This document shows positions 42,812 to 53,896 of a stretch of 64,000 nt of DNA, in pieces. The DNA is from Bigelowiella natans CCMP2755. Lineage: Eukaryota > Protista > Cercozoa. The notes beneath the pieces were generated by a model, which saw only the letters and a program-made list of their open reading frames with translations, had not been told where the DNA came from and made no database searches. The translations under genes and the position numbers were made by a program. The stretch spans positions 20,062 to 84,061 of the forward strand of contig ADNK01003121.1 in the NCBI GenBank assembly GCA_000320545.1, given 5' to 3'. Numbering within the stretch: the first letter of the stretch is position 1; every line of letters starts with the position of its first letter.

Positions 42812-45673
42812 TTACTACCTGCTTTACGCATCCGAGCCTTAAGTGGGCATCGATATACGATGGATACTTTGCGCTTATGTCTTTGTAAATCTTCTCCGCC
42901 TCTTCAAAGTCCCCGCTGCGTTCCGCAACTAGTGCGGTATTGTATTGGATGCTTGCTAGTATTGGCGGTTGTGATGATGAAGAAGAAGACGATGAGGAAA
43001 CAGCAGCCTCATCCTGCTCGATCTCCATCTGTTAGCAAAGAGCAGGGCAGTGTTAACTAGTATAAACATAAAAGTATACCATACAGCCTCGCAAATACCA
43101 ACAGCAGCAGCAGTACCAGTACTTGTAGTAGTAGTACCAGGAATCATAGGAAAAACACAAAATTTTCCCCCTCCTCCTCCTCCTCCTCCTCAATTGCTAA
43201 TCCCTTAACAATCACCACACCACAACAAACTACAACCTATCATTGACCTGGTTCGTGGTATCATCTTTGCTGCTGCTGCTGGTACTTTTTGGCACATTCT
43301 TGGTATCACCGTCTGCATTGTTCTTAGGACCATCATTAGTGTTGCTCTGAAGCTGCTGCTGCAGAAGTTTTTCTCTGGCTTGCTTGAAGGCACTTTTTGC
43401 TACTTTCGATTTCCCAAGGAGATGCTTGAGAACTCCCACGTTATTCCACAATTGATACGGAAGCTCTTGTTTTTTTTCAGTAAGCACTTTAATTGCCTTG
43501 TCATAGTGCTCTAAAGCCACAACCGGATTGATGCGCTCATAGCTCTCTGCCAGCTCCACAAATAGGCTGGCATCGTTCGGAAAGTACTTGACAGCCTTGT
43601 GTAGCAGCTTTTGGCCTTCCTTGAACCGTCTCTTGCCAAGGTATAGAGAGCCAAGGATTCGCATTGCTTGGTGATTCTCAGGATGACCATGGAACACTGA
43701 TTCCATGCACTTGATGGCCTCGTCTCTGCGACCTTTAAGTACATGAATTTGGCCAAGACCGAATTGGGCGAGGTAGTGTTTTGGGTTTTGCTCAACAGCT
43801 TTTGCATACAAACGACCGGCCTCTTTAATAAAATTCTGTTTCTGCGTTTGATCTTGCTCCTTTCCATTGTTTCCACCCCGTGCATGATAGCATCGGGCGA
43901 TCTGATAGTAAGCTTCTGCACGCGTACGGGGGCTAGGTGCAAAATCAAATGCACGCCTTGTAAGTACCTGCAGATTCGAATAGAGTTGAGTTGGTAACTT
44001 GAAATATGTCAAAAAATGTGAATATATACATATGATGATGTGTACATGAAAACCTCCTCCTCTACCCCCTCCATCAACTCCTACCTCTCTATATACGATT
44101 GTATTGCTTCTATTAAAGACGACTTTGATGTAATGATGCTACCTACCTCGACGGTTTTATAGTTCCCGTGATAAAAGTTGACGAAAGCTAGAAGATTGCA
44201 CAGCATTGAATTTGTCGGGTCCAACCGATACGCTTTTTTAAGAAGCGTAATTCCCTTTTGCACTGCTGCGACGTCTTTGTCTTTTTGATTTATGAGGCAA
44301 TTAGCAAGGCACACAAGGCCTACCACGTTATCGGGTTCAAGACTTAACACGCGTTCGAATGCTTGGCGTGCACGTGTTGAACGACCTAATCGATGTAGAC
44401 ACATTCCAATTCCATTGCGAATACCCACGCAACCGGGGTGTAAACGAAGAGCTTGGCGGTATATTCTAAGCGCCTCCTTATAGCCATCTTCAGTGTTTCT
44501 GTGGAACTGAGTGCAAGCACGTCCCAACATTGCAGGCACGTTTTGAGGGTCCGCTTGAAGGGCATTTTTGAAGGTTTCACGAGCATCTCGGTAGCGTTTT
44601 TTGTGAAACTGAAGCAGCCCACGTAGAACAATAGTGTACCCATTTTCTGCATTGGCCTGTAAGCTCTCGTTGATGTCGTTGGAAGCGCTTGTTTCGAGAT
44701 TCATGAGCTTTTTTTTCTTCTCATCTGCTTGCTGACGAGAGTCGGTGGATGCAATGCAGATCTTCATGGCCTCTTCAATAGAGCAAGCTGCTCGAGCATT
44801 TCTAAGCTTGACTTTATTCTCCCTGAAGCGAGATATCTCCTGCCTGACCTCCATTTGATATTTCAGTGGGACTGAATCTCGAAGATATGCGAACCTTTCC
44901 TTGAGCCGGTCGGTAAATACTTGTTCAAAAGCTGAATATAGTAGTTCAAACTATTACCCACGTGCAACTGCGTGTTTCCGAGGTTTCAATACATTTTGTG
45001 ACAATTTCCAAGTTTCGAAAGCTTATTGAAAAGAAAACAGAGAGAGGGGGGGGGGGGGGGAAGGGAGATACTATCACAAAACAAGCACCTGGCTCCAGAG
45101 AGTTCGTCAAAATATCTTTAAAGGCGTCATAATTGCCTCTTTTGTAAAATTCGTACTGGAAGGTTTTATCAACAAAAGAGGCAAACAACAGGTTAAAAAA
45201 CATGATACAATTTCAACCTACGATACGTAAAGCGTGTTTGCCAACTGGCTATCTATAACGAGACGGTTGAGTCGTCGCATGGCAGCAGCAGCAGCAGCCC
45301 TAAATATTAGTACCCCGACTTGGAGCCATGTGTCCTGCGAACTCATCTCCATGGCAAGCAATTGATTGATCATATCTAATCGATCAGTATTGAAATCTTC
45401 TTCTCCAATCTGTGCGTAATTTATGGAGGCATTTTAGGTAGATAACAAGAAGCAATGCGGGAGACCATGGGCGCTAAAATTACTGATAATCATCTTTCTG
45501 TTTCTGATTATAGAATGTATTCTATGTGGTAACAACTTTCGAATTAGCAAACTCACCACTACAGCCATGGTATCATCCACACGGACAAGAATTCCACGAT
45601 GACCGCCTTCTCCTTCCACATTTGCTGCTGCCACCGTTTCGGCTACAGCAGCAGCTGGCATCTCATTCGCCAT
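38962..45673 (-). CDS. CTR9: RNA polymerase-associated protein CTR9 (PAF1 complex, TPR repeats)
   Basis: Many TPRs with CTR9-typical segments (ALRIYRQALRLHPGC..GIGMC; YIDAHLRLGC; DPKNIYAANG; NLGHVYTHLKQYPNAVQSYE; HLAP....WYNLGIA) and an acidic tail ending KRRRVIVDEEEDQD. Confidence 0.92.
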
Positions 45674-46082
45674 CGCGCTCTCCTGCTACGGTACTACCAA
45701 AGTGAGGAGAGACGAGAGGAGAGAATATGAACAGCACAGCTGAGGAGAGAAGATGGATCTATCTGTCCTCCCAGCCTGGGTTCTTGCGGGGGGAGTGTAG
45801 AGCCCTTTCTCGATCTTGGAGGCCTTTTACCGTGTCGTCCCTGAAGAAAGCCAGACAATTTCGTTCATTTTGTATATTTGTCGTTATAACAAAATGAAGG
45901 CGAATATTCATATAAGAGAGCATGTTTTCGAGTAAAACCTGTGTTTTTTGGTGCATTGTTGACGTTTTCGGCTAATAGATCTAATTAACAGAGGCATTTA
46001 TCCCCGCCATCGCCCAACCTCTCAACCTAAATCAAAGAAGACAAGAGGAGGAGCGGACCTCCGGCTGTACCGCCCGCTTTAC

Positions 46083-46850
46083 ATGATGGAAGCACATAGG
46101 CGTTTGTTTCTTATACTGATGACATCCGTGGCGTCTGTTTTCGCCTTGTTCATCTTACTGGTGTTCTGCATCAAGGTGGTGAAGAAAGCCACGTCGTCGT
46201 CAAATTTCCAAACAACACGAAACTTAACTTTGGGTGGTGAAGTGACGCGCTGGAATTGCAACATAAAATCACATCCTCCTGGCAAACAACTAAATTTATA
46301 TCTTGCAGTGGCTAAAGCGCCGTTTCAAAGGCCGTCGCAGCACGAGGGATACAGCAGATCTTGCCAAAGCTGATGTCACATTTGAAGATCATCAACGGTA
46401 GTTTTGCTTCCGATTGGAATTGAAACTATGCGATCTGCTACTTATGTTATGTTGTTATCTTGTTCATGCGACAATGATTTATCAGACTAACGTGCATTGC
46501 CATTTGTACTAGTCGAATGAAGAGATATGCTGTAATGCGTCAAGTATTCCGAGTAGCTGTTGGGATTATGGGGTTCACTCTTGTAACGACTGCTACAGGA
46601 CTAGTTGGGTACTAATGATATGTTTCCTCCCTCAGAAGCCTTTGATAATTCGCCATAGAATAACACACCCTTTCTTCTTTGTTGCTTAGTTTCGTCTTAT
46701 ACTACGGCTTAAGAGATGCGTTGCCTTTAGTTATAACCCCAGGAACATGTAATTCTAGTTGTTTATTGCACCTAACGTATCGTAGCACTCATCACTCACG
46801 TAAACTTCTAGGGTTATTTCTTGGGCATCAACTCCTAGCTTATTTTCTTG

Positions 46851-46894
<44 letters not shown>

Positions 46895-48166
46895 GCAATT
46901 AAAAACTAATCAGACCCTAATAAGTTGATGGTGGACAAATCGTTTCCCTACTGTTAGCAGCATCAATGACTCACTCATCACTACTATGTAATTAATGAGA
47001 GATTCATTCAATATTAGCTGGCAATATTCTCTTCAACTACTACATGTGTGCTTTCACTAACCCTGGAAATATCAACTCGGATCTTTACAAACGTGCAGGT
47101 AGTAGCAATACCCCCCCACCTAGAAACACACAATTGACGCGACGTGACCTCCATCTTTCGTATTCTCATGTAGCCAGTCATCGGCCCATCTTAGTAGTAC
47201 GTACTCTAACATCAAATACTAATTGGTAGTATCCGAAGGCCAGGCAAAGGGAATGATACCAACAATAAGGAAAGAAATAGCATCTTCCCTAAATAGTTGT
47301 GATAATGGCAGCACTGCTACTACTACTGCTACTACTCCTATTAGTAGTAATTTAGCTTCCACCGGCACAACCGGCCTGGATCACGTAATGATCTCTATCA
47401 AGTATCCAGCTACTGCTGCTACTACTACTACAACTACAACTACTACTACTACTACTACTAGTTCCACCATTCCTACAGCGGCATCGTCGTCATCATCCTC
47501 TTTACCAGCACCATCTTCAGCATCAGCATTATCATCAACAAGCTCAACAAAAATGTCGCGAACAAGAAGCAGCTGGTCGCCGAAGCAACCTACTAATTAC
47601 CATCATCGTAGGAACTACCATCAGAGCACCGAAGATGACGTAAAAGGAGGGAGAGGGGGTTTAAACGGCAATAACAACGCGTTGGAATGGCGTCTTTGTG
47701 GGAGGTTTGGAACTAATAAAACCAAATTATCCATTACGACACGAAGAAGCAACGACGATGATACAACATAAAACCACCTTGTAAATCATGCCCTTTTTTT
47801 AATTATTATCATCACCAACACCTCCCTCAACATCATTAGCAGCAGCATCATTTCTAAGTTGGCTGCTTAAATTTACAGATCAGGCCTTATCAAGCCCCCA
47901 AGAGCACACTACGATAATGTTAGCGGAATGGTTGTGAGAATCTAGTACACTGTATAAAATGACTACTACTAGCTCTCAAAAGTCTTAGCAATGAGTGCAA
48001 TGCTAGTTCTTCGCTCAGTTTCAGCTTTCACCCACATCAAACGGCCTATTATCTAAAGCATAGTTTGATACGATGTGTTGTTAAGTGTTGAATGAAACGA
48101 TGGATGATTGTCTTAATTTTGGATTAGATCGTCCTCAATATGGATCACTTCTGCCCATGGGTGGGA

Positions 48167-48201
<35 letters not shown>

Positions 48202-49099
48202 AGTAATAGTTTAGCTTCTCATGTGTCAATGCCCTGCTGTCGTTGTTGTTGTCGATAGTCCAGCTACTACAGTGAGGTATCCGCCATTGAAAGGGACGGT
48301 ACATATGAAATGAGTTTGTTGACTTTTGTAGTGGTGATGATGATCGATTGATATATAATATACTGATTTTACTTTTGTTGACTTAGGTGGCAAATACAAT
48401 TGGCTATGCGAATTACCGATACTTCTTGTTGATGCTCTTTTGGACTTTCGTAGGTAAGAGTAGCTTTGACCAGCTCTCATCCTGGAGTTTAATTTCTTCC
48501 TCTGTAAATACAACAGTGATATAACTACTACTGTGGTTCTACTAATTCTACTACTCTTGAACAGGGTGTGCATATGTCGTCTTGATGCTTACTCCACGTG
48601 TTTATTATTACGGAATTGGATCGAAGTTATATATCCTGGTCATCTACGTTACTGCTTTTAGCTTTTCGGGTAATAGCGGTTGTCATCGATCAATCTCTCC
48701 ATCCCTCCATCCTTCCTTCGTTATTTTCTTCTTTGTTATGGTCTACCATCTTCCTTGAGCTCTCACAAATTCCCTTTTTTACACATATATATTCCCCCCT
48801 CCCCAAACAGTTGTCCTTACTATGTTTCTAGCTTTTCATTCCTTCCTGATATCCACTGGGCAGGTAGTATGTAGTATGTAATCATGTTATTATCTTGTGA
48901 CAAACGGTACTGTGTTTTCTGAAGCACCAGCATACGTGAAGCGAAAGCTCTTCCTACTGGCTGCTTGCATCAATCATAGATTTTTTCATGTCTAACCACC
49001 AGACCACCATTGATTTTTGGATGAACTTGCGGCAACGTGCTATTGCAAAACGTCAAAAAACGAACACTCCCTGGGGTACATGAATGATGCAAAATAGAC

Positions 49100-49136
<37 letters not shown>

Positions 49137-49798
49137 TTCATATAAATATACATGTATCTTAAATTTCTCATAGATATTCCTATCCTCCTCCTCTCTGTCT
49201 ACTAAAACTTCCCACTTTTGGCCTCAGTCCTCCTATGATGAGCAGTAACAATAATACAGCTACTTACCACCGTTTATTCTGCTACTGGTGATTCTACTAC
49301 AACAGAAAATCCGTTTGATTTAGGGATGAGGAGGAATTGGGAGCAGGTACTACTACTACTACTACTACTACTACTTACTACTACTTACTACTGCTGCTGC
49401 TACTATTCTACTAGTAGTAGTATAGCAGTAGTAGAGACAAGAAGCCTCTAAATAACACATTCAGCGGCATTCTGTTACGTTCATAAATGAGATATTTGAG
49501 AGGGTGTCTGTAGCGTAAACGCATGAGTAATGTATAATCACAGGTTTTTGGACGTGTACACTGGAGTCGAGCCATATTGCCAAGTGAGTAGTCAATAGAT
49601 TGAAGTGAGTTGGAAAAGGGTGGGGTAGGAAGAAAATGTAACGCTTTACAGGCTATGTAAAGGCCGAGCTGACAGATAATCTATTTTGACGATTTAGGTC
49701 TCAGACGGCCTCCATGGCCTCCTTACGCAACCAAACAAGATTTCGATAACGAGCAAGTGGAATTCTATGACCATGATCATCCTCACAAAATTGTATAG
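46083..49798 (+). CDS. DHHC-family protein S-acyltransferase (DHFC variant)
   Basis: NIFFNYYMCAFTNPG; KPPRAHY; MDHFCPWVANTIGYANYRYF; NPFDLGMRRNWEQVFG (PaCCT-like). Stop at 49796-49798. Confidence 0.88.
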
Positions 49799-50749
49799 CC
49801 GAGCTGAATACGAGCAGCTGCGAATAACAATCAATTCTAGAATAATTGTACAGCTACTACGCTTACCTACTACTCGCAGTGATGACCTATTCATTATGAA
49901 TTGCGTCTAGCAGCTAGCCAGAGATGCTTGTGCTATATGTGGCTATCTATCACTATTTGTCTCTGATAAACATCAATGACACTCCATCGGAATCAACCTG
50001 AAATGCCCTGAATAGGCTGTTCTGTCGAGTTCTGTCCAATTTAGATCTACCAGTCTAGAGGTACCATGCTGATCGTATTCGCGCTCAATGCAATGTGCAA
50101 GTTTCCCCTGCTACTAGCATTGCATCGAGCGCATTGCACTCATTGGCGACAGTAGCGTGAATGTATGGAATAGATGCTGCGTGCAGCGCTGTGCTCACAA
50201 TTAAACTGCAGCGAAAATTTATTAAACGCTAAGTGTGTGATGCGTATACATGCTGCTACGGACATACACAACAAATACAAAAACAATCCACACAGCGAGC
50301 GTGCACTTTCGCCTGGACAAGTGGATTTAGAGATGTCGTCGATCATTACAACAACAACGTCCAAGGCGACATTTCCCTCGCTAGTTTGGCGCTCCGCTCA
50401 TCTTGCGTGCGAGTGAGGAAACAATAAGATTCGGTTCGATTCGATTGACATTGCTGCAACATACACATGTACGTACAATATATGTGCGATACGATCTTAA
50501 TTACAACATCATATAAGCTACTGTATGCCTTCCAAGTTGTGTTCCTCGCTACTTTTCACTGATCATTACAAATTTCCAGCAACTGAAAGGCAAATAAACT
50601 TACCGCACATAGCTAGAGCGGTACAAACAATGACAGAGGTAGAACAGAGCAGAGAAAGAGAGAGAGGGAGAGAGAGAGAGAGGGGGGGGGGGGGAAGGGG
50701 GGGGGGGGGGACATGTGCCAATGTGCAGTCTACGGTTGCATGTATTTCT

Positions 50750-51217
50750 TCACTCGTCCTTTTCCTTTGCTCCCGACGTAGGCGCTTCCCCGCACATGGC
50801 GATCCCAGTGATCAGGATAATCAAAGCAGGGATGATTGTGACGCATGACATCAACAGAGCCGCAGTCACCGGCGAGGACGCGCCCATGGGCATCTTCTGC
50901 AGCTCGCTCCCGTTATTGTCCTTCAGCAGCTCATTACTCTCTCCATATGCAGCCATGATAGCGTATGCCAGTGGATTGTCAATTCCCGCAATAGCCGCCA
51001 GTAGAGCGGTGATCGTTTTCATCATGGGGGAGAGCCCAGAGTAAGGAAGTGCAAAGGCGATCATGAAAAGCATCGTTCCGTTGTGTGCGAGCTGGTGGTG
51101 ACATCCGCGGAACGCAGCGTATCCTGTGGCCAGGGGCGTGTTTCCAGCGAAGCCGTACACGCTGGCGACGAGGTATTCGAGGAAGGCGAGGATGTACAGG
51201 GACTTCTGCGAGTCCAT
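50750..51217 (-). CDS. Intronless small multi-TM membrane protein resembling styrene-oxide isomerase (StyC) family heme proteins
   Basis: 155-aa ORF. RGCHHQLAHNGTMLFMIAFALP and AGIDNPLAY align by eye with the StyC pattern R.H....LNGMM....AF.LP and .G..N...Y. Confidence 0.6.
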   Translation of the reverse strand: MDSQKSLYILAFLEYLVASVYGFAGNTPLATGYAAFRGCHHQLAHNGTMLFMIAFALPYSGLSPMMKTITALLAAIAGIDNPLAYAIMAAYGESNELLKDNNGSELQKMPMGASSPVTAALLMSCVTIIPALIILITGIAMCGEAPTSGAKEKDE

Positions 51218-51299
51218 GGTGCTTTGCTGATGGACAAATCTAGATCAGGTGCAGAGGAGGGAGGTAGGTGTTCGAGTCGATCGGATTCTTAAATGCAAG

Positions 51300-52360
51300 A
51301 GAAGAACATAGGACAATCTCCAAATGCGTCATGCTCATTTCATGAAAATCTTTAGGAAAATTGCTCTCAATCATGTTTTTTTGGCGGGAAGTGCTCCGGA
51401 TTGAACGAAAACAAACGCAGGAGATTCCAGACCGATTTCCAGGCACATGTTGATTGAGGCAATCACGATGTCGCTGCTTCAAAATTGGGGTTCATTTCAA
51501 TGTAAATTCAGAAGAGTCTCGGTCGCAACGTTGGGTCTGTTCTTCACCGTGTCACTGGCTGTGACCAATCTGCCTGTGGCTTGGACCTGTTGATCAACTT
51601 GGACCAGTCCCATCCGAAACTGGTTGATGTTGACCTCAATCGCAGAGTCAGGGCTCAGCTGTCCGCCAATGGCAACTTGTGTCGCAGCTTTTACTCGTTC
51701 GTCAAACCCGATGCCCCAATCTGCAAATCCAGAGCCTGGGCGAGGAGCCACATTGGAAGGCCTGCTTCCAGATTGTTTGAGTGTTGCCTCGATGATTGGC
51801 ATGACAATTCAGGTGTGTTGCTCAAACTTCAGCTCCGTGCTGGGACTCACGAAACTGAGGAGCACAGGGCTAAAATTTGCAACTTGCCCCCCTCTTTCTC
51901 GGTGTGTCCTCTTTGCAATGCTGAAGTTGTTCAAAGTGTCAACCACCTCATCCATCATTGCACTCACTTGAATGCAGAGAGATGCAAGCTTCTCTCGCAC
52001 ATGAGATCAGTTCTGGGTTCAGCTTCTTCCCTCCACTCTTCATTCTTTGACGCTCCAGACTCCTCCAAAACCAAAATTCTGCTGGGGGCCCCCTCAGATG
52101 ATCCAATCGTGGATCGTCGTGTGGACATGGCCTTCAGGAAGTTTTTGCTCAGAGTGGACGTCTTGCGCCGTCAGAATTTTGCCACCAGTGTCATTGCTTC
52201 TCAATGACCAAGTCATGCCATTTGGCAACCCAGCTAGTTGATCTGCTGGTCACAGTCCTCACTGAAATCAGTTCGAGGCACTGCACTTTGCACACTGCAA
52301 GTGTCTTGCTACACTTTGGAAATGTAGTTTTTCATCATTGTTTCATTGTTTCATTGTTTC
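51300..52360 (+). mobile_element. 3' end of a non-LTR retrotransposon (ORF2 C-terminus with CCHC knuckle, 3' UTR, simple-repeat tail)
   Basis: LKLQLRAGTH..CPLCNAEVVQSVNHLIHHC....ER..ILLG; stop at 52207; 3' UTR ends in TTCATCATTG(TTTCATTG)n at 52331-52359. Confidence 0.8.
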
Positions 52361-52465
52361 TCCCTCTCTTCGGAGAGGGTCATCCGCAAAAATTGGAACG
52401 ACACAGAGAAGATCAGCATGGCCCCTGCGCAAGGATTTGTGCACGCACAAATCGAAATTGTGCAT
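52361..52465 (+). pseudogene. U6: U6 snRNA-derived sequence (degenerate copy or SINE head)
   Basis: 5' stem-loop CCCTCTC-TTCG-GAGAGGG, then AAAATTGGAACGAcACAGAGAAGATcAGCATGGCCCCTGCGCAAGGAT..CACGCACAAATCG. ACAGAGA box at 52403-52409. GA replaced by TTGTG after AAGGAT; no oligo-T terminator. Confidence 0.92.
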
Positions 52466-52565
52466 CTTCACTGAAGCCAGTTCAAGGCACTGCATTTCGC
52501 ACTTTGCAAGTATCTTGTCACACTTTGGAGATGTGGTTTTTCATCATTGTTCATTGTTCATTGTC
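52466..52565 (+). repeat. Second, diverged copy of the LINE 3' UTR and tail, fused to the U6 3' end
   Basis: Collinear with 52258-52359 (CACTGAA..AGTTC.AGGCACTGCA..GCAAGT.TCTTG..ACACTTTGGA.ATGT.GTTTTTCATCATTG). Confidence 0.88.
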
Positions 52566-53800
52566 TCGTTCTCTCATTGGTTCCTTGGAAAAGAAGGAAA
52601 GCACCACACGTGCCACACTTGCAAAAGTTGAACAAATGATTGGAACGAACGTTGGTGCACGGCCTCCCATGCCAGCACGACCGGCCAGACAGGAGAAGAA
52701 GCTAGCAGATCATGGCCATCTTGTCCCGAAAAAGGAAACTTGAAAATTGAAGCCAAGTTTGATCGTCGATCATTGAGTGATTGAGTGGATGGCATTGGAC
52801 CGTGGACGTGCGCACATGCGACAAGCATGACACACATTGCACGGGTTGTGTCCATCGAACATGCCAGCATGTCTAGATGTGTGACTGTGGACATGCGTGC
52901 ACGACATGCTAGCACTGGAGCATGACAGTCTAGCAGTGTGAGCCTGGTGATGTGCATTGTGTGCACCAGTGTGATGTGTCCATTGTTTGGTTCATTCATT
53001 CGTTCAGCACACCTAGACACTTCCAAGTGGACGTTCAGCAGGATGAGCTGCTGGCAACCACTCCTCTGGTCCAGTGGTCCTCCTGGGATCCGATGACTCG
53101 TCAGTCGTGCTTGCACACTCATCAAAACGCGTGATGATGTTGCACATGCATGTCCACCATCGTGAGCTAGTGAGTGATGTGTGTGCGGACATGTCTGGCT
53201 AGCTGGGTGTGCAGGCTAGCAGGTGCTTTGCAGTGTGTGCAAAGCAGGATGTGCGATTCACAGCCAGACAGTGTTGTCCAGCAGTGCCAGCAAACTTCGT
53301 TGCCGTTCTAGCGTTGGCTTTTTGTGAGAAAGCCGCCAACGCCTGAACCCTCGTGCGGCGCAGGTGTTTGGATGTGCGACGTCCCACAGGCGGCAATGAC
53401 TCAAACGTGTGGATTGTCAGAGCCAGAGAGCTAGAGAGAAACCCAGCAACAAACAACGATGAGAGGCTGCCAAGCCAGTCAAAATGAGGCGCAAACCTGA
53501 AATTTGACACGGCTAGACGACAGTGTGCATGGAAGAACATGCATGTGACGTCTAGCTCCAGACAAGCACGTGGACATGCTGTCATCTGCCTACCTCTAGA
53601 CCTCTGGCCTAGCAGCTGTGCCCCTTCTAGCTAGCTAGACTTGGATCGATGTTCAATTCAAACTAGCAAAAGTGACATCAGCACTAGCAATGAGCGAATG
53701 CGGCACAATTGTGATGCACAAATGTGCATGGATGAGCATTGCACGAACTTTTCGTGGAGCTGCGAGGCACTCGCTGATCCTCACATGTAGTGGCCTGCTA
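52566..53800. other. Degenerate TpA-depleted, CTAG-enriched island (probable decayed repeats)
   Basis: Manual count for 52520-53760: 20 TA, 19 of them inside CTAG. Confidence 0.8.
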
Positions 53801-53896
53801 GCCTGTCGTACATGATGAAAGGTGACTACTCATTGTTGACCATGCCATGTGAGTCGGTGTGCACGCGTGATGGTGATCGATATGTCTGTCATTTGC

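Noticed and set aside
52361-52465. Functional spliceosomal U6 gene
   Set aside because: Altered internal stem-loop base, substitution next to the ACAGAGA box, no oligo-T terminator, and embedded between LINE tails.
52204-53585. Long overlapping His/Cys-rich ORFs on both strands (179, 183, 128 aa)
   Set aside because: Loss of TA removes most TAA/TAG stops, so long ORFs arise as a by-product. No protein motifs, and one ORF runs through the U6 copy.
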